A stretch of 64,000 nucleotides of DNA from Rhina ancylostomus (taxonomy: Eukaryota): assembly GCA_030265395.1 (NCBI GenBank), contig JARFYF010000094.1, forward strand, positions 92,994,507-93,058,506. The letters are read 5' to 3'. The position numbers were made by a program, and so were the translations under genes. This document shows, one piece after another, positions 13,986-26,845 of the stretch. Position 1 is the stretch's first letter; each line of letters opens with the position of its first letter. Below the pieces are notes generated by a model. That model made no database searches. It was given only the letters and a program-made list of their open reading frames with translations, and was not told the DNA's origin.

Positions 13986-15150
13986 TTGAAGCTCATAATG
14001 TTGCAAATTTTGCTAATACAGTTCAGTGTTAAAAAGTAGTACTAGCAATATTTTATTAATCCATTTTCTCCTCCCAATAGGAAACATTCTTTTGTTTAGA
14101 ATTGACCAACACTCACAGCAGCACCAGAGGTCCAATGCTTCAAGCACAATTAACTGTGTGGGAGTATGACAGTGATGTGGCAACATGGAGACTTAGCGAG
14201 AGAAAGGCCCGGATTGGGTACTAAATATTCCTGGTGCACAATGTTCAGGAAAGAGATGGAAGAAAAAGATGAGGTGGGCAATNNNNNNNNNNNNNNNNNN
14301 NNNNNNNNNNNNNNNNNNNNNNNNNNNNNNNNNNNNNNNNNNNNNNNNNNNNNNNNNNNNNNNNNNNNNNNNNNNNNNNNNNTGCACAATGTTCAGGAAA
14401 GATATGGAAGAAAAAGATGAGGTGGGCAATATTAATCAAGGTGAAGAAAACAAGGGAAATACTACAGGGCTAAAGAGAGGACATGCAGAAGCAGACAAGG
14501 ACATAATCCATTTGGTTAGTGTTAAGAAATAATAGATGTGCCATTACATTTCTGGGAATATTCTTTACATCACCAATGAATGGGAATGATTCAGAGGAAT
14601 TTGTTTACAAGTAACTTACTGAGATTCAAAACCTGTGGAGTAGTGAAAATAGGTGTGGAAGATTCAGTCAAAAGAGAATTTTACATGTAGTTGAAAGGAA
14701 AATAATTGTTGCATATGAAGAGAAGACAAGGGAGTGGGACCAACAGGGTTGCAATTACCTAATGTTGGCACAGACTTGATGGACCAAACAGTCTCCTTCT
14801 ATCCACTGACCTTTCAGTGACACTGTGATTCATCTGTTTCCATCCACATTGACAAGATCAACTACATCCATTCTTGGAAAAAATAACAGGATTGCATTTA
14901 AGGGTTACCTTTGATCAATTCCTTCATGAATTTTGAGTGTTTGTTTCTGGGTGGGGTATGGAATTGAGAGATATTAGCACGGAACAAAGGAACAGATTTA
15001 GTTCTATTGCCAAGGCTGATCATTGGAACTCTGGTGCTACTGAGAGTGTTGATCAGGTCTAAACAAAGGGAAGAGAAATTTTGGTGCAAGTATTTCACAT
15101 AACTCTACACTAAATAGTATTAGCAAAATTTGCAACATTATGAACTTCAA
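13986..15150. repeat. Long-range inverted repeat, arms 13986-14137 and 15021-15150
   Basis: ttgaagctcataatgttgcaaattttgctaatac pairs with gtattagcaaaatttgcaacattatgaacttcaa; tttgtttagaattgaccaacactcacagcagcaccagaggtccaatg pairs with cattggaactctggtgctactgagagtgttgatcaggtctaaacaaa. Confidence 0.85.
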
Positions 15151-15904
15151 AATATTCAGCCTATTTTTAATATCTTTGATAATATGTTTGTTTTAGGCTT
15201 TTTTCTGTGCTAAATCTTTCATCTGTAAAACTACTTCAAAAGCTGGACATACGGTTAACCATAACTTCTAGTGATATCAGCATCAGAATGCTTAATGTAT
15301 ATGAATGGTTTTCCTCTGTTTGCCACCTAAGAAAATTAAATGTTAATCCAGTAATGTAGCAGACAGGAGAAAATGATCCCATCGATGGGCCGAAGGGCCT
15401 GTTTCCATGCATAGATTTCTCTATGACTCCTTCAGAAGTATGAAGTGTTCATGCAGTATTGGGGATTTCTGATGTCCATTAAACATATTAGTGTTACCTT
15501 GGAATCACTTTTCCCTCTTATCCAAAACTATTGTTGTTCTGAGGGCTGGAGGGATCATTGGATGGGATGGGGCTGGGAGGGGAGGGGAACATGAGCTGAA
15601 ACAGAGTACTGAATTTGGGTGATCAACCATGACTGATGGAACAGGCCCAAAAGGCCAATTGGCCTCCTCCTGCTCCTACTTTCTATCTTTCTCATTACTT
15701 CTATTACATGGGATTTAAAAATGGCTTCATTTACCTATTACATTGGGGATGTCAGTCTAAACTCTTGTTTACAAGTCTTTGGAGTGGGACATGGACCTGG
15801 AACCTTGATGGACACAGAGGCAAGATTGAACCACAGATGAGAGGGGAAACAGTATTAAAGTAGCTTTCATCAACCACAGCTGTGAGAACTTGTTTCTTTT
15901 CTAA

Positions 15905-16054
<150 letters not shown>

Positions 16055-16590
16055 CCTCATGGTTCAACATGCCAAAACAAAAGTTGTCACATGTCTGTCC
16101 TTCATTTTATTGCCAGGTTGTCGCTGTCTCCCTCTGTGTCAGTCATTGGCAGTAGTAGGTTTTCAAAAGGCAGGACCCACTCTGTGGCTCATCTTTCAGT
16201 CTTTCTTTTATAATAGAAAAAAAACTTCTCATCCTGTAATATCTGACTGTGAACAAGATGTACTCTACATACATAAATATATAGACTTTTCTGACTTCTT
16301 CATTGTTTTGTGTGTTTTAGCAGATTTGTGTATCTTTAAAATGAACAAATCTGATAAAAAAATGTCTCCGATCTCTCTTTGCTGGTGTACATTTTTTTCT
16401 TCACTGTGTTGTCATAAAGACTTGCAGTGCTGTGATGTTTTGTTGCTAACTTGTACATCTTTTAGTGCAGTCAATCTTCTTTGTTGTTGTTTCTTGGTCG
16501 TTTTGATGTGTGTCTGTTCTTTTTGTGATCACATCACATTTTGTGTACATTGTCTTAATTAAAACTGCAAAGAACATTTCACAAAAGGAG
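16055..16590 (+). other. Putative 3' UTR of the short NYAP2 isoform, with ATTAAA poly(A) signal at 16558-16563
   Basis: No recognisable repeats, U/UG-rich after the TGA; variant signal ATTAAA. The end point is inferred. Confidence 0.45.
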
Positions 16591-18224
16591 TCGGGAGCAC
16601 TGAAAATCATTGTAATTAACATTTTGGTGGGTTACCTGTTAAAGGTCCTTAAATGAAAAGTCTTTCAGGAAACTGGCACAAATATTGTGTCTTTGAAGAG
16701 AACTATATAATTTCATCACACCCTGTGACTAAGCCTTCAAATATATAGTTTACTCACAAAAGCAAACATGATTTTGGAGCTTGCCTCTGGCCCCAAAAAT
16801 ATTAGTAAAAACCTTTGGAATGTTTACTAATCCATTTAGTAAAACAGTTTGTCTTATGTATAAATCACTAACTCAATATTTGATATTATAAGATGCCATA
16901 TCTTAAACATCAGTTAAAAAAAAGGAACCCAAGTAACAATAATATGATCTGATTGATTCAGTCACATTAAACATTTTACAGCACATTTTATTTGCTAGTA
17001 ATATCACATTGTTTTTTGATATTTGATCTGTTTATCATGAATATCCTGTTTCCTAGGGTCAACACTTGAATCTATACATATACTTTGATAGTCAGTGACC
17101 AGATTTGCATTGTCTAATCAATCAGTGCACAATCTTTTTTAATGTGCCTGTGACAAGCCAAAGGCAAAAACATACTGAGTATGAATGAATGTGACTGAAA
17201 GGAATTCACGGGAAAATTATCATTTGAAATTAAGAGGAAAATCCTGTAAAGCCCTCTGATCAGTCGTACAGTGCTGAAGTTGTTTAAACCAAAAAAGTAG
17301 TCCACACACTGGAGAATACATGCCAGAAATTTCCAGAAATGGTAAGTAATCAAAATCATATTGAAAAGAAGCAAAGAAAGAGAATTTTATTTTACATTTT
17401 AAATATTATCATATACATTAAAGAAATTGTTCCTGGGAGGGAACAACATTGAATCAATATGCCTCCTGTTTTGGACATTCTTAAAACCTTATCACCGATT
17501 TTCAGTCTTCTTACATTTCTTTCCACAAATTATGATTGCATTGCATTTTGCAATCTTAGCTCTCTTTGGAATTTTAGTGCTGAGTTCCCTTTTCATTAAT
17601 ATTATAACCAAACGTTTACTGAAAGAGTTGGTCACCTCAGTGTAAATGGAAATCAGGTGGTTTCTGTCAGACAACCTAAAGTACCAGTTTTATGCTGGGT
17701 GGCAAGTTGAAAGCTTCTCCTCGTATCTTAACAGACTGAAAGAGCATAGCATAGCTTGGGAGAGACACTTTTAAATGGACGTTCAACTACCCTTACCAAG
17801 CAGAAAACCAGACATCCAACCAAAGAATCGCGTCCAGTTTACATGAGACTGAAAGTTGAAACTAGTGTTCTTGTTATCTTTTACAAATGAGCAAACAGGA
17901 CACAAAACTAGAGTGGGTGGAGCACATCTGTGGATGTGATGAGGGTCCATAGAGGTCCAGAATGTCCTCTGTGATGCACACATTATTAATGCATTTTCAT
18001 ACCAGATGCCATATCAATGAGGGCAGTAGCCCTGCATTGCTTTGGAAATATGCAAAATAGGCAGATCATGGCATCAATCATCATGCAATACCAATTTCAT
18101 ACCACTCTGAAGGCCTCTTCTCCATCTAACACTCCTTTTTAAAGATGTTTGACAGTACACATATTAAGCAATAGGAAGGGTTCCATCCTTATCACTAATC
18201 CCATTCCCATTTCCAGTAAAACTC

Positions 18225-18357
18225 CAGATCAGATGAAGGGTCTTAACCCGAAACATCAACAGTCCATTTCCCTCCATAGATGCTGCCTGATCCGCTGAGT
18301 TCCTCCAGCTTTTTGTGTGTTGCTCCAGATTCCAACATCTGCAGTCTTTTGCGTCTA
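18225..18357 (+). mobile_element. 133-bp solo Penelope terminal-repeat insertion with 11-bp TSD and a degenerate hammerhead at its 5' end
   Basis: cagtaaaactc at 18214-18224 and 18358-18368; the insert starts cagat CAGATGA aggg tcttaa ccc GAAAC ATC aacag. Confidence 0.8.
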
Positions 18358-18502
18358 CAGTAAAACTCTGCTGTGTTCGGGAAATCCCGATGGTATGGCC
18401 TCTGGCTCACTTTTGCTCATTCCTGTACTCCCTTTAACATACCAGGGATCCAATTCCCATGCTCCCTTTAAACTCACAAGGGATGGGTTTCCATGCTCCG
18501 CC

Positions 18503-18906
18503 CCTGAACTGGAAGGTTTGAGTTATAAGGAGAGATTGGATAAGATGGGACTGTTTTCTCTGGAGCAAAGGGGGGCTGACAGGTGACCTTATGGAGATTT
18601 ATAAAATTATGAGAGGCATAGGGGACACTAAAGTTAGAGAGGGGAAAGATTTAAAGGGGATCCGAGGAGAAGTTTTTCATACAGAAGATGATGGGGTTTG
18701 TGGAACGAGCTGCCAAATGAAATGGTAGAGGCAGGTACAATTGCAAGGTTTAAAAGACATTTAGACAGGTACATGGATAGGAAATGTTAAGAGGAATATG
18801 GACCAAACACAGGCAAATGGGGTTAGCATAGCCAGACATCTCGGTCGACACAGAGGAGTTGGGCCGAAGGGCCTGTTTCCATGCTGTAAAACTCTGTGAC
18901 TCTATG
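18503..18906 (+). mobile_element. CR1/HER1-like LINE 3' end
   Basis: LEGLSYKERLDKMGLFSLEQR; tail gggccgaagggcctgtttccatgctg...ctctgtgactctatga. Confidence 0.9.
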
Positions 18907-19559
18907 AAACTCTACAAACCTCACTGAAGCCCCATTCCCACGGACCCTTGAAACTCACCGGTCTGTGAGAAAATTACAGCTGTTTAACATCAATAAAAAT
19001 GTGAATTAACAGCATTTTGCAATATTAATAAGAATAACATCAAACAGGCCAGAATATCTGCTAGTCTGCCATCTCCAAAGCCCTAAATCTACCTCGTTAA
19101 CAGAGTTTATTGTACACGCAAATATAATACTCTTTAAATGGATCATAAACTACTTACAGGTTTGTTGTTTGTTGATTTCTTTAAGTGCTTGTATCTTCTT
19201 CGGATTAATTCAGTTGGAAGGGTGGTAGGACAGCTGCTGAAGGACATTCCTAGCTTCAGGGCCACTGCGTAAACCCCTTGTTCTCAGACCTGAATCTAAC
19301 AATGGGGACTTCCTTTACAGCACAGTTGAGAGAATAAGTAGACAGCATGCAAAGTAGAAAAAAATACAGGAATAGAGACCTATTCTCCTCAGTGACAAAC
19401 AACAAGGGAGACATCTGTACTTAAATAAGAATGTAAGAAATAGGAGCAGGAGCAGGTCACTTGGCCCTTCAGCCCAGCTCCACCATTCATCGGGATCATG
19501 GCTAATCTTCCTTCTCAGCTCTATGTTCCTGCATTCTCCCCATTTCCATCAATGACAAT

Positions 19560-20260
19560 AAAGATGTCCTCTCTTAGATCTCAGCTACAATCACAACTTC
19601 ATCCAGGGCGAGGACTGCATTGCAAGTAGCTGCAAACTAGTCATGGCAATGATTTTCCTTTGTGCATTTGATCCTTTCTGACTGGATTTAGTTGCAGCCT
19701 TTCCAATTTTGCTGTTGACTGTTGCCCATTAGCCCTCTCTCTTCCAAGAGAGCTCCATTCACTTCTGCCAGACAGCCAGATGAGGAGCACATGGCTTGAT
19801 GAGGGTTTCAAGTTTCCTCATTGCTCTGCTTATCATTGGATGCCTGTACATTGCTGTAGGAGTGCCACGTGTCAACATTACCTTCTTCCATAACTGAGAG
19901 TGAAAGCATAAGCAGTGAATCATGCAGGTCAATGACTAGTATCTTGGTGGCAGTTATTTGCCTAGCAATTCATTCATGATCAGTAACACCAAACCTGCTG
20001 TATAGTCACATGAGTACGTTGCACTTTTACTTCAATGAAAGGAAAGTGAGAAGCAGAATGCAACAGACTGACATTACTATGTAGCATGTTCAGCACTTGT
20101 GGTTGGGGATGAATTCTTGGCAATGAAGATTTGGTCCTGTGGAGTCCTGCTTTGCTAGTTGCATTTCAGCCATTATGACACACCCATAGCTGACTAGCAT
20201 CCAGGAAAAGTTATCCACATGGCTCAAGGGTTTGATGAACATTTCACACATTTATGGGCA
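19560..20260 (+). mobile_element. Highly decayed Harbinger (HARBI1-like) transposase remnant
   Basis: Frameshifted similarity to recalled motifs in the expected order (LQPQ..ARTALPVAVK, IDCTHVAL, VNARYPGSSHD); many stops. Confidence 0.4.
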
Positions 20261-20984
20261 GCATGCAATAAATTAAAGCCCATTGGTTACATGACATGTG
20301 AAACGTAGCTTTGAAACAAGGCTTTCATTGTGTAGATTGTTTTGGAGAAGCCTGGCACTATTTGATAGAATGGTTGTCAAAATGTGTGGTGGTCTAATAT
20401 AATAGTGTAGTGGTTAAGTTACTGAACTTTCATCTAGAGTCTGGGGCTATTGATCTGGAAAGAAAGTTAAATTAAACAAGTATGGAATAAAGAAGTTAGG
20501 TTCCCTCATGCTGTTCCTCTTCAATGCAACTGGATCCAAATCAATTGGTAAGTGATGAAATGGCTACTGCAACTTTTTTTTGCCACATTTAACACAGTGC
20601 CTGAAATTTGCTCAGGTCCATCAAATTGTTCTTTACTCTTGCACTGATCTTATGATTGCCACATTTATTGTGCAACGTTCCTCTTGGAACATTGCACAGC
20701 TAATTTAATCACATTGTTCTGGGATCAACTGTTAATTGAAGGTTTATCCCTATGCAAATCTGCTCTGCTAGCTTTAAGTCAGTGTCATTGACAAACTCCA
20801 AGAAACCCTTCACACTGAAGACATGGCTCGTGGCTATGGTGCACACTTCACACACATGTGGGCAGCATGAATTAAATAAAGTCTGTCTGGCACATGACAT
20901 GTCGTTGTTCCCAGACAACTATGTTTTATGAACACTGCACTGGAAATGATTTCTATATATTTATTTTTGAGCTTAGGTCCAACC

Positions 20985-21230
20985 TTATCGAGTCATACAG
21001 CTCATAAATAGGCCCTTCAACCCACCTTGTCCATACCAACCATCAAGACCCATCTATCCAATCCCATCTGCCAGCATTTGGCCCTTCTATATGCTCACTC
21101 TAGATTCTTCTTAAATATTGAAAGTCTCTGCCTCCACAACCCCTCAGACCATGCATTCCAGATTGTAACACCCTCTGGATGAAACAATTCTTCCATGGGT
21201 CCCCTCTAAACCTTCTACCCCTTACCTTGA
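20985..21230 (-). mobile_element. CR1 3' tail fragment
   Basis: gagtcatacagc...aggcccttcaacccacc...ccctctaaaccttctaccccttacctt. Confidence 0.7.
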
Positions 21231-21239
21231 ATGGAATGA

Positions 21240-21600
21240 CCCCCCAACACATCCAGCCCTGACCTCCCAACCCTTCTGCTCGAGAACCTTTGTCACCAGC
21301 TCCTGACCACTACCCCTCCCACCAACCCCCAAACACCAGCCAAGTCCAGAGCAGACCAATACCTGATCACACCATTCCCCCTCCCACCTCATACCCACCC
21401 TGACCCCCAATCACCCATCTCCCAAGGTCTGACACCAACCCACTCGACTCAATCATCCATTGTCCTTCATGAACCCTCCTCCCCCAGCCAACTATCTCCA
21501 CATCTCACCCACAATTCTTAAGGTCTGAGGCCCCAATCACCCCCCAGCCCTCCAATCACACCACCCTCCCCTGCACTGCAGCCCACAATCACAACCACTG
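21240..21600. repeat. C-rich low-complexity tract
   Basis: Recurrent ccccaatcac/cccacc words. Confidence 0.6.
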
Positions 21601-21821
21601 AGGTTAATTTCTCTGCTCAGCAACCACCCTCTCTTTCCTGCCCCTCTCATCGTCACTCATGTCATGCTCCTTGATGCTTCTGCTTTGTGGCCCTGATTGA
21701 TCCAAAAAACACATGATCGAACAGGCATTTACAGCAGATAACACATTTTGAATGAAAATATGCAAAGTCTTTTGGATAATAAGTGCTGCCCAATATTATG
21801 ATGATGGGTCCACAATTTAAA

Positions 21822-22340
21822 TGTCATGGTTCTGAGTTCTGGCCCTCATTTGGCTCCATTAATGCCTTGTTGTCCAGCACATGGATTCCATGCTGGACTG
21901 ATTACATAACAATACACACCTGAGCCCCATCAGGGGCCTAACATAAGTACCTGTGTTTCTCTGGCACTAGTTGCCAGAGTATTGGTCTACCTTTGGTTCC
22001 TAGTTGCTTAGAGTGATTTACTCTAGATCAGTCCTGTGTTCTCTATTCCTTTGTGAAGATCCAGTTTATGTTGGGATTCCTCTTCTGTTCTCTGAAGCAA
22101 GATTCCTTCCAGTTGTTGCCTGTGTTTGTTCTGAGGAAGTATTCTGGCTCCAGCCTTGTATCAGTGTGCCGCATTTGGGTTCTCTATCCAGTTCATGTTG
22201 GGATTCCTCTTCAGATCTCCAAGGCAAGATTCCTTCCAGTTGTTGCCTGTGTTTGTCCGGAGGAAGTATCCGGACTCCAGTCTTGTATCAGTGTGCCGCA
22301 TTTGGGTTCTCTGAGTTTGCTCATAATCAACATTGTGACA
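21822..22340 (+). mobile_element. Probable solo LTR (Gypsy-type) with an internal 127-bp tandem duplication (22059-22185, 22186-22312)
   Basis: TGTCA...TGACA inverted ends; the same family end recurs at 48115-48191(-). No TSD found, so the 5' boundary is uncertain. Confidence 0.6.
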
Positions 22341-22481
22341 TCGCTCCTGTACCCCTCCTCGTTGCCATCTGAGATTTTACCTAATGCTCCTTTAACAGCT
22401 GGCTTCAGTGGTGGCAACCACAATGTTCCAATAGCTGCAAGAATATGCAACATATTCATAGTGAACACCTTGCTGAAAATA

Positions 22482-22650
22482 AAATAAAAATGGAAAATGC
22501 CGGAAACATTCAGCAGGTCAGGCAACATCTGTGGAAAGAGAAAGAGAGTTCTTACAATAAGTCTGTAATTCTGTTTCTCTTTCCACATATGTTAGCTGCC
22601 CTAATGAGTATTGCCAGCATTTTCCATTTATATTTCAGATTTCTAGCATC
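22482..22650. mobile_element. Inverted pair of Penelope terminal-repeat fragments
   Basis: 22482-22550 is the approximate reverse complement of 22567-22634, with a 16-nt spacer. Confidence 0.8.
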
Positions 22651-23094
22651 TGAGTTTTTTTGATCAACTGTGCTGAAGCTGGCACCCTCACAAATGAAGA
22701 CTTTTCTGTGCCTTTCACAAACAGCGTTAAAAGTTAACAAAGCAATTTCTAGCCCATAATCTTTTGACCCAGTGATGAGTACATAACAAAGCCGTGCTGA
22801 TAATTGGAAACTGTAATAACTTGCTAATTAGTTGTTTCATACACAGATATTTTAATTGGGGTACTGAAAAACGTGATTCAACGCAGCTCCATTTTTCTTC
22901 GTCTTTCATTTTCTTCAGTGGTGTCAGCTCCCAAACAACTTCCACAAACCCTGATACTCACACTTTTCTATACACATTTTCTGACACTCAGAGTTCATTC
23001 TCAAAGTAAACAACTACAAATTCGGTTTGCTTTGTGAATGGCGATGAAAAGTATTCATTTAGGATCTCACCTAAACCCTCTGGATCCACACACA

Positions 23095-23508
23095 GATTCA
23101 AGATTTACTTTATTGTCATTTCTGTGAGTATTTACGTACACAAAGAAACAAAATACTGTTTCTCACCAGCTCATATCAGTGCAACAAAAAGAACAGTGAT
23201 AACTATCTAAAATAATCTATAAAAACATCTGTAAAACAAAGCTAAAAACATATCAACACCACATATTTATATCTATTAAAGTGTGTTTATGTATTAATAA
23301 GTGCTTATTCAGTTCGAGGTGAAGTTCAAATTATCAAATAACTAACTATCAAACTGTTTCTGTATGTGCGTGTGTGTGGAGGGAGAGCTTGCCGGTGGAA
23401 GTGGAAGGGGACACGGTCCATTTATGATCCTGACTGCTTGTGGGAAAAAGCTGTTCAGCATCCTACTAGATCTAGAGCAGATGCTCCTGTACCTCTTCCC
23501 CAACGGCA
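23095..23508 (-). mobile_element. Rex1/Babar-like LINE 3' end, truncated by a gap
   Basis: gattcaagatttactttattgtc tail; the minus strand gives an LPLGKRYRSICSRSSRMLNSFFPQAVRI-like peptide. Confidence 0.7.
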
Positions 23509-24229
23509 NNNNNNNNNNNNNNNNNNNNNNNNNNNNNNNNNNNNNNNNNNNNNNNNNNNNNNNNNNNNNNNNNNNNNNNNNNNNNNNNNNNNNNNNNNNN
23601 NNNNNNNNCTGTATGCCATTATAAGAGGATTGTTTAGTAACGAGACGTTCAATGGTTACAGTGAAAGACCTGAATTCTTACAATGACCTATTCGGTTCAC
23701 AAGTTCCTTTAGGAAAGGTAGTTGCCATCCTTGTCAGGTCCAACCTTTAGATCCACCAAAGCGATTCACATAACTGTGTGCTGGGAGCATGGGAGGTAAT
23801 TAGGGATGGACAATAAATGCTGGCTTTTCCAGTTTCATCCAATTCCAGTGAATAAATGAAAAAATGCTGCACAGCCTCACCAGCATGAAGCAACAGCACT
23901 TACCACCCAACTAGAAAATGAGTCATGAAGAAGCAGGAACCATGAAGGGCTATGGGGGAGAGAAAGTGCAGGAAGCTTTGATATCTCCTCAGATTTTCTC
24001 TGAAGAACTCGTCAAAGTACAACCTCATTAACCATGACACAAATGCTCCTCTCACTGACAGCTGCACACCTAACCAACCAGCTGTCACTCGCCGTCACAG
24101 CACAACTGCTTGGCCAAAATAAAAGTCAACATAACATAAGGTTTCACTATAAGTTTTGAATGAAATTCTGCCATGTTCCATTCAATAATCAAGTTATTAA
24201 CCTTGTGCCATCCATTAGCAGCCATGTGT

Positions 24230-25900
24230 CTTTAGATATATTCGTGTTCCTATGCAGTGCCACCCCAGTGGATTCAGCTTGGCTGGTACAAGGGTGCTGA
24301 CTTTGGGGGAAGGAAACAAGAATCAACCTTGAAGGAGAATCTGGAGCAGATCTTGACTGAGGAAACTCAGATGTGGTCCACACCATCTTGTCGTGACAGC
24401 AGCAATCCACCCTGGCTGGCAGAGTAGCAATGACTATCGTAAAAACTCCCTGCCATTCAGTGAGAGAATGACAGAGTAAAGATCCGTGGATTCACCACCA
24501 CTCCACCATGACAGAAGTTCAACGGGATTAGTAATCCATTGGAGAAATTGGAGAAACTCCCTGGGAGCCCGGTAATAAAAAGCCAAGAAGACTTCCTTCT
24601 GGGTTTACGCTGCAGCATTGAGTGTTGGCTAACCATACCTTTCTGCAACAGAAGTTGCAACCATGGCCATAATTCCACGAGTGTGTGAGTGAATTGTTCA
24701 TCACTTCATTGCTGAGAAAATGGGCTCCAAGTCCTGCGCCCAGTTGATGCTGGGTTCTTGCATGGCCCTTCAGAAATTTCTGTCTGACTTCCCCATGTTC
24801 CAAGCACATCATTGTGCAAGTATACTAGCCCTCTTCTATTGCCAATTCCATTACATTCCTCTTCTGAGTACTTTACTTCAAAATTCACATTTGTGTTGTC
24901 ATCCAGCAAGCTGGATTCTGTATTATCATTTAGCCCCATCTTGGCAAAAGGGCCCACATGACTAATGTCTCACCTCTGGCAGATCCCACCTCTGCTTTAT
25001 TGTCTAAATTATATCCAGGGTGAATATCTGAGCTGATGTCTGCAAGTGTGAAGTCAAGACGTGGTTTGTTCATTCATTCCTCCCATATTCCTCTTCCTGC
25101 ACCGTCTGGCAAGTTGAAGTTGCTGCATGCCTGAATGAAAAGGGGGTAAGGCTATTAATGGTGAAAGGAGTGGGCCACCAATAAGAAGAACATGCTCACA
25201 GCATCTGCATCTTGTAAATTGGAAGACAGTGTTGGATTGCTCCATTCGAGGGTGTCACCCAGTCCTGGCCACAGCCTTGGTACCCAGTCACCCAGTCCTG
25301 ACAAGAACGATCTGTTTCAAGGAAGTTAGGACATCTGATTAGTTGCTGTTGGGTCCAGTTTCTTGCAAAAGACTATAATGTACATCCATGAGTAAAATGC
25401 ACAGAGTCTGGGTGATATGGCTGTCTTGCTTAAACAGTGGGCAATGTTTGTAGGCTGAGAGACACACAGTACTGCTTATTGAGTAAAGGTATGATAGACT
25501 GTATAAATGATAGGTGTAAGTCCAGTTTGTTGGTAGGTGAGCTATGGGGATGATACTTTCAGCATTAATTAAGACCAGTGCTGTAGTTGATGGGATACGG
25601 CATTTGGCACTGCTAACCGAGACCACTGAATTTCCCACAGTATGCATAACGTTCCTTGGAGCTTGACTCTTGCCATTATCCTCCACATCTCTCTACTCCT
25701 GCGAACCTCTGAACAAATGTCTGGAGAGCTCCTTGGTCCACTGTGGATGCTAGACCTCTCCTCTTCTTCTCCTCCACCAGGGCAGAGCAGGATCCAGAAA
25801 AGTGTGGAGCCAACCATCTCCCATCTCATGCCACTCTTCACAATGTTCCAGTTTTTCACATGAAACATTTCCCAGCATCTGCTCCAAATACAATATATCT
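24230..25900 (-). mobile_element. Decayed Harbinger element, Myb/SANT-like ORF remnant
   Basis: Minus strand ~25630-25820 gives frameshifted LAPHFS..ALVEEKKRR..NGKSQAPRNVM..GKFSGL, resembling the recalled APRFSD..ALVEEV..RR..NARSQAPRTW.QCRKKFNDL. The extent beyond this segment is uncertain. Confidence 0.5.
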
Positions 25901-26057
25901 TCCCTGTCTGATGTGTGTGCTCAATGCATGTGGGCTTTAACCTACACATCTGTTCATTATATCCCCACACCAGTACTTTACTGGCATAAACACTCAAGGT
26001 GATGAAAGGAGAGTTTTCCTCCTCTTTTCATACAGCATTGTTCTGGAGCCCTCCAGA

Positions 26058-26845
26058 AATGGAACTGGAATTAGTTTATTATTGTCATTTAAACCAAGGT
26101 ACAGTGAAAAATTTGTCTTGCATACCGTTCAGACAGATCAATTCACTACGTAGTGCATTGAGGTAGTACTAGGTAAAACAATACAGAACGTAGAGTAAGG
26201 TGTCACAGCTATAGAGAAAATGCAGTGCAAGTAGACAATAAGGTGCAAGGTCTCAACGAGATAGATTGTGAGGGCAAGAGTCCATTTTATTGTATTAGGG
26301 AACCGTTCAATAGACTTATAACAGCGGGATAGATGCTGTCCTTGAGTCTGGTGGTACGTGCTTTCAGGCTTTTGTATCTTCTGCCTGATGGAAGAGGGGA
26401 AAAGAGAGAATGTGCTGGGTGGTTGGGGTCTTTGATTGATTATGCCAGCTGCTTTACCGATGCAGCGAGAAGTGTAGACAGAGTTCGTGGAGGGGAGGCT
26501 GGTTTCCTTGATGTGTACACAGTTCAGCACAACTCTTTGCAGTTTCTTGCAGTCTCAAGCCATGATGTATCCAGATAGGATGCTTTCTATGGTGGATCAA
26601 TAGAAGTTGGTGAGTGTCAAGGGGGACATGCCAAATTTCTTTAGCCTCATGAGGAAGTAGAGGTACTGATGAGCTTTCTTGGCAGTGGCGTCTACATTGT
26701 TGGACCAGGACAGGCTATTAGTAATTTTCTCACCTAGAAACTTGAATCTCTCAACCTGCTCGACCTCAGCATTATTGATTCAGACAGGAGCATGTGTATG
26801 GACCCCCCTTCCTGAAGTCAATGACCAGCTCTTTTGTTTTGTTTG
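26058..26845 (-). mobile_element. Rex1/Babar-clade LINE 3' portion
   Basis: SVYTSRCIGKAAGII, LPSGRRYKSLKARTTRLKDSIYPAVISLLN and KAHQYLYFLMRLKKFGMSP motifs. Confidence 0.85.

Noticed and set aside
14233-14431. Near-identical ~50-bp direct repeat on both sides of an N run
   Set aside because: Typical overlap artefact at a 100-N scaffold gap.
16059-16562. 167-aa Cys/Phe-rich ORF
   Set aside because: Lies in UG-rich UTR/intron after the NYAP2 stop; composition explains the lack of stops and there is no recognisable domain.
25339-25686. 115-aa minus-strand ORF considered as a tyrosine recombinase fragment
   Set aside because: No catalytic R-H-R-Y motifs; its start fits a Harbinger Myb-like remnant better.
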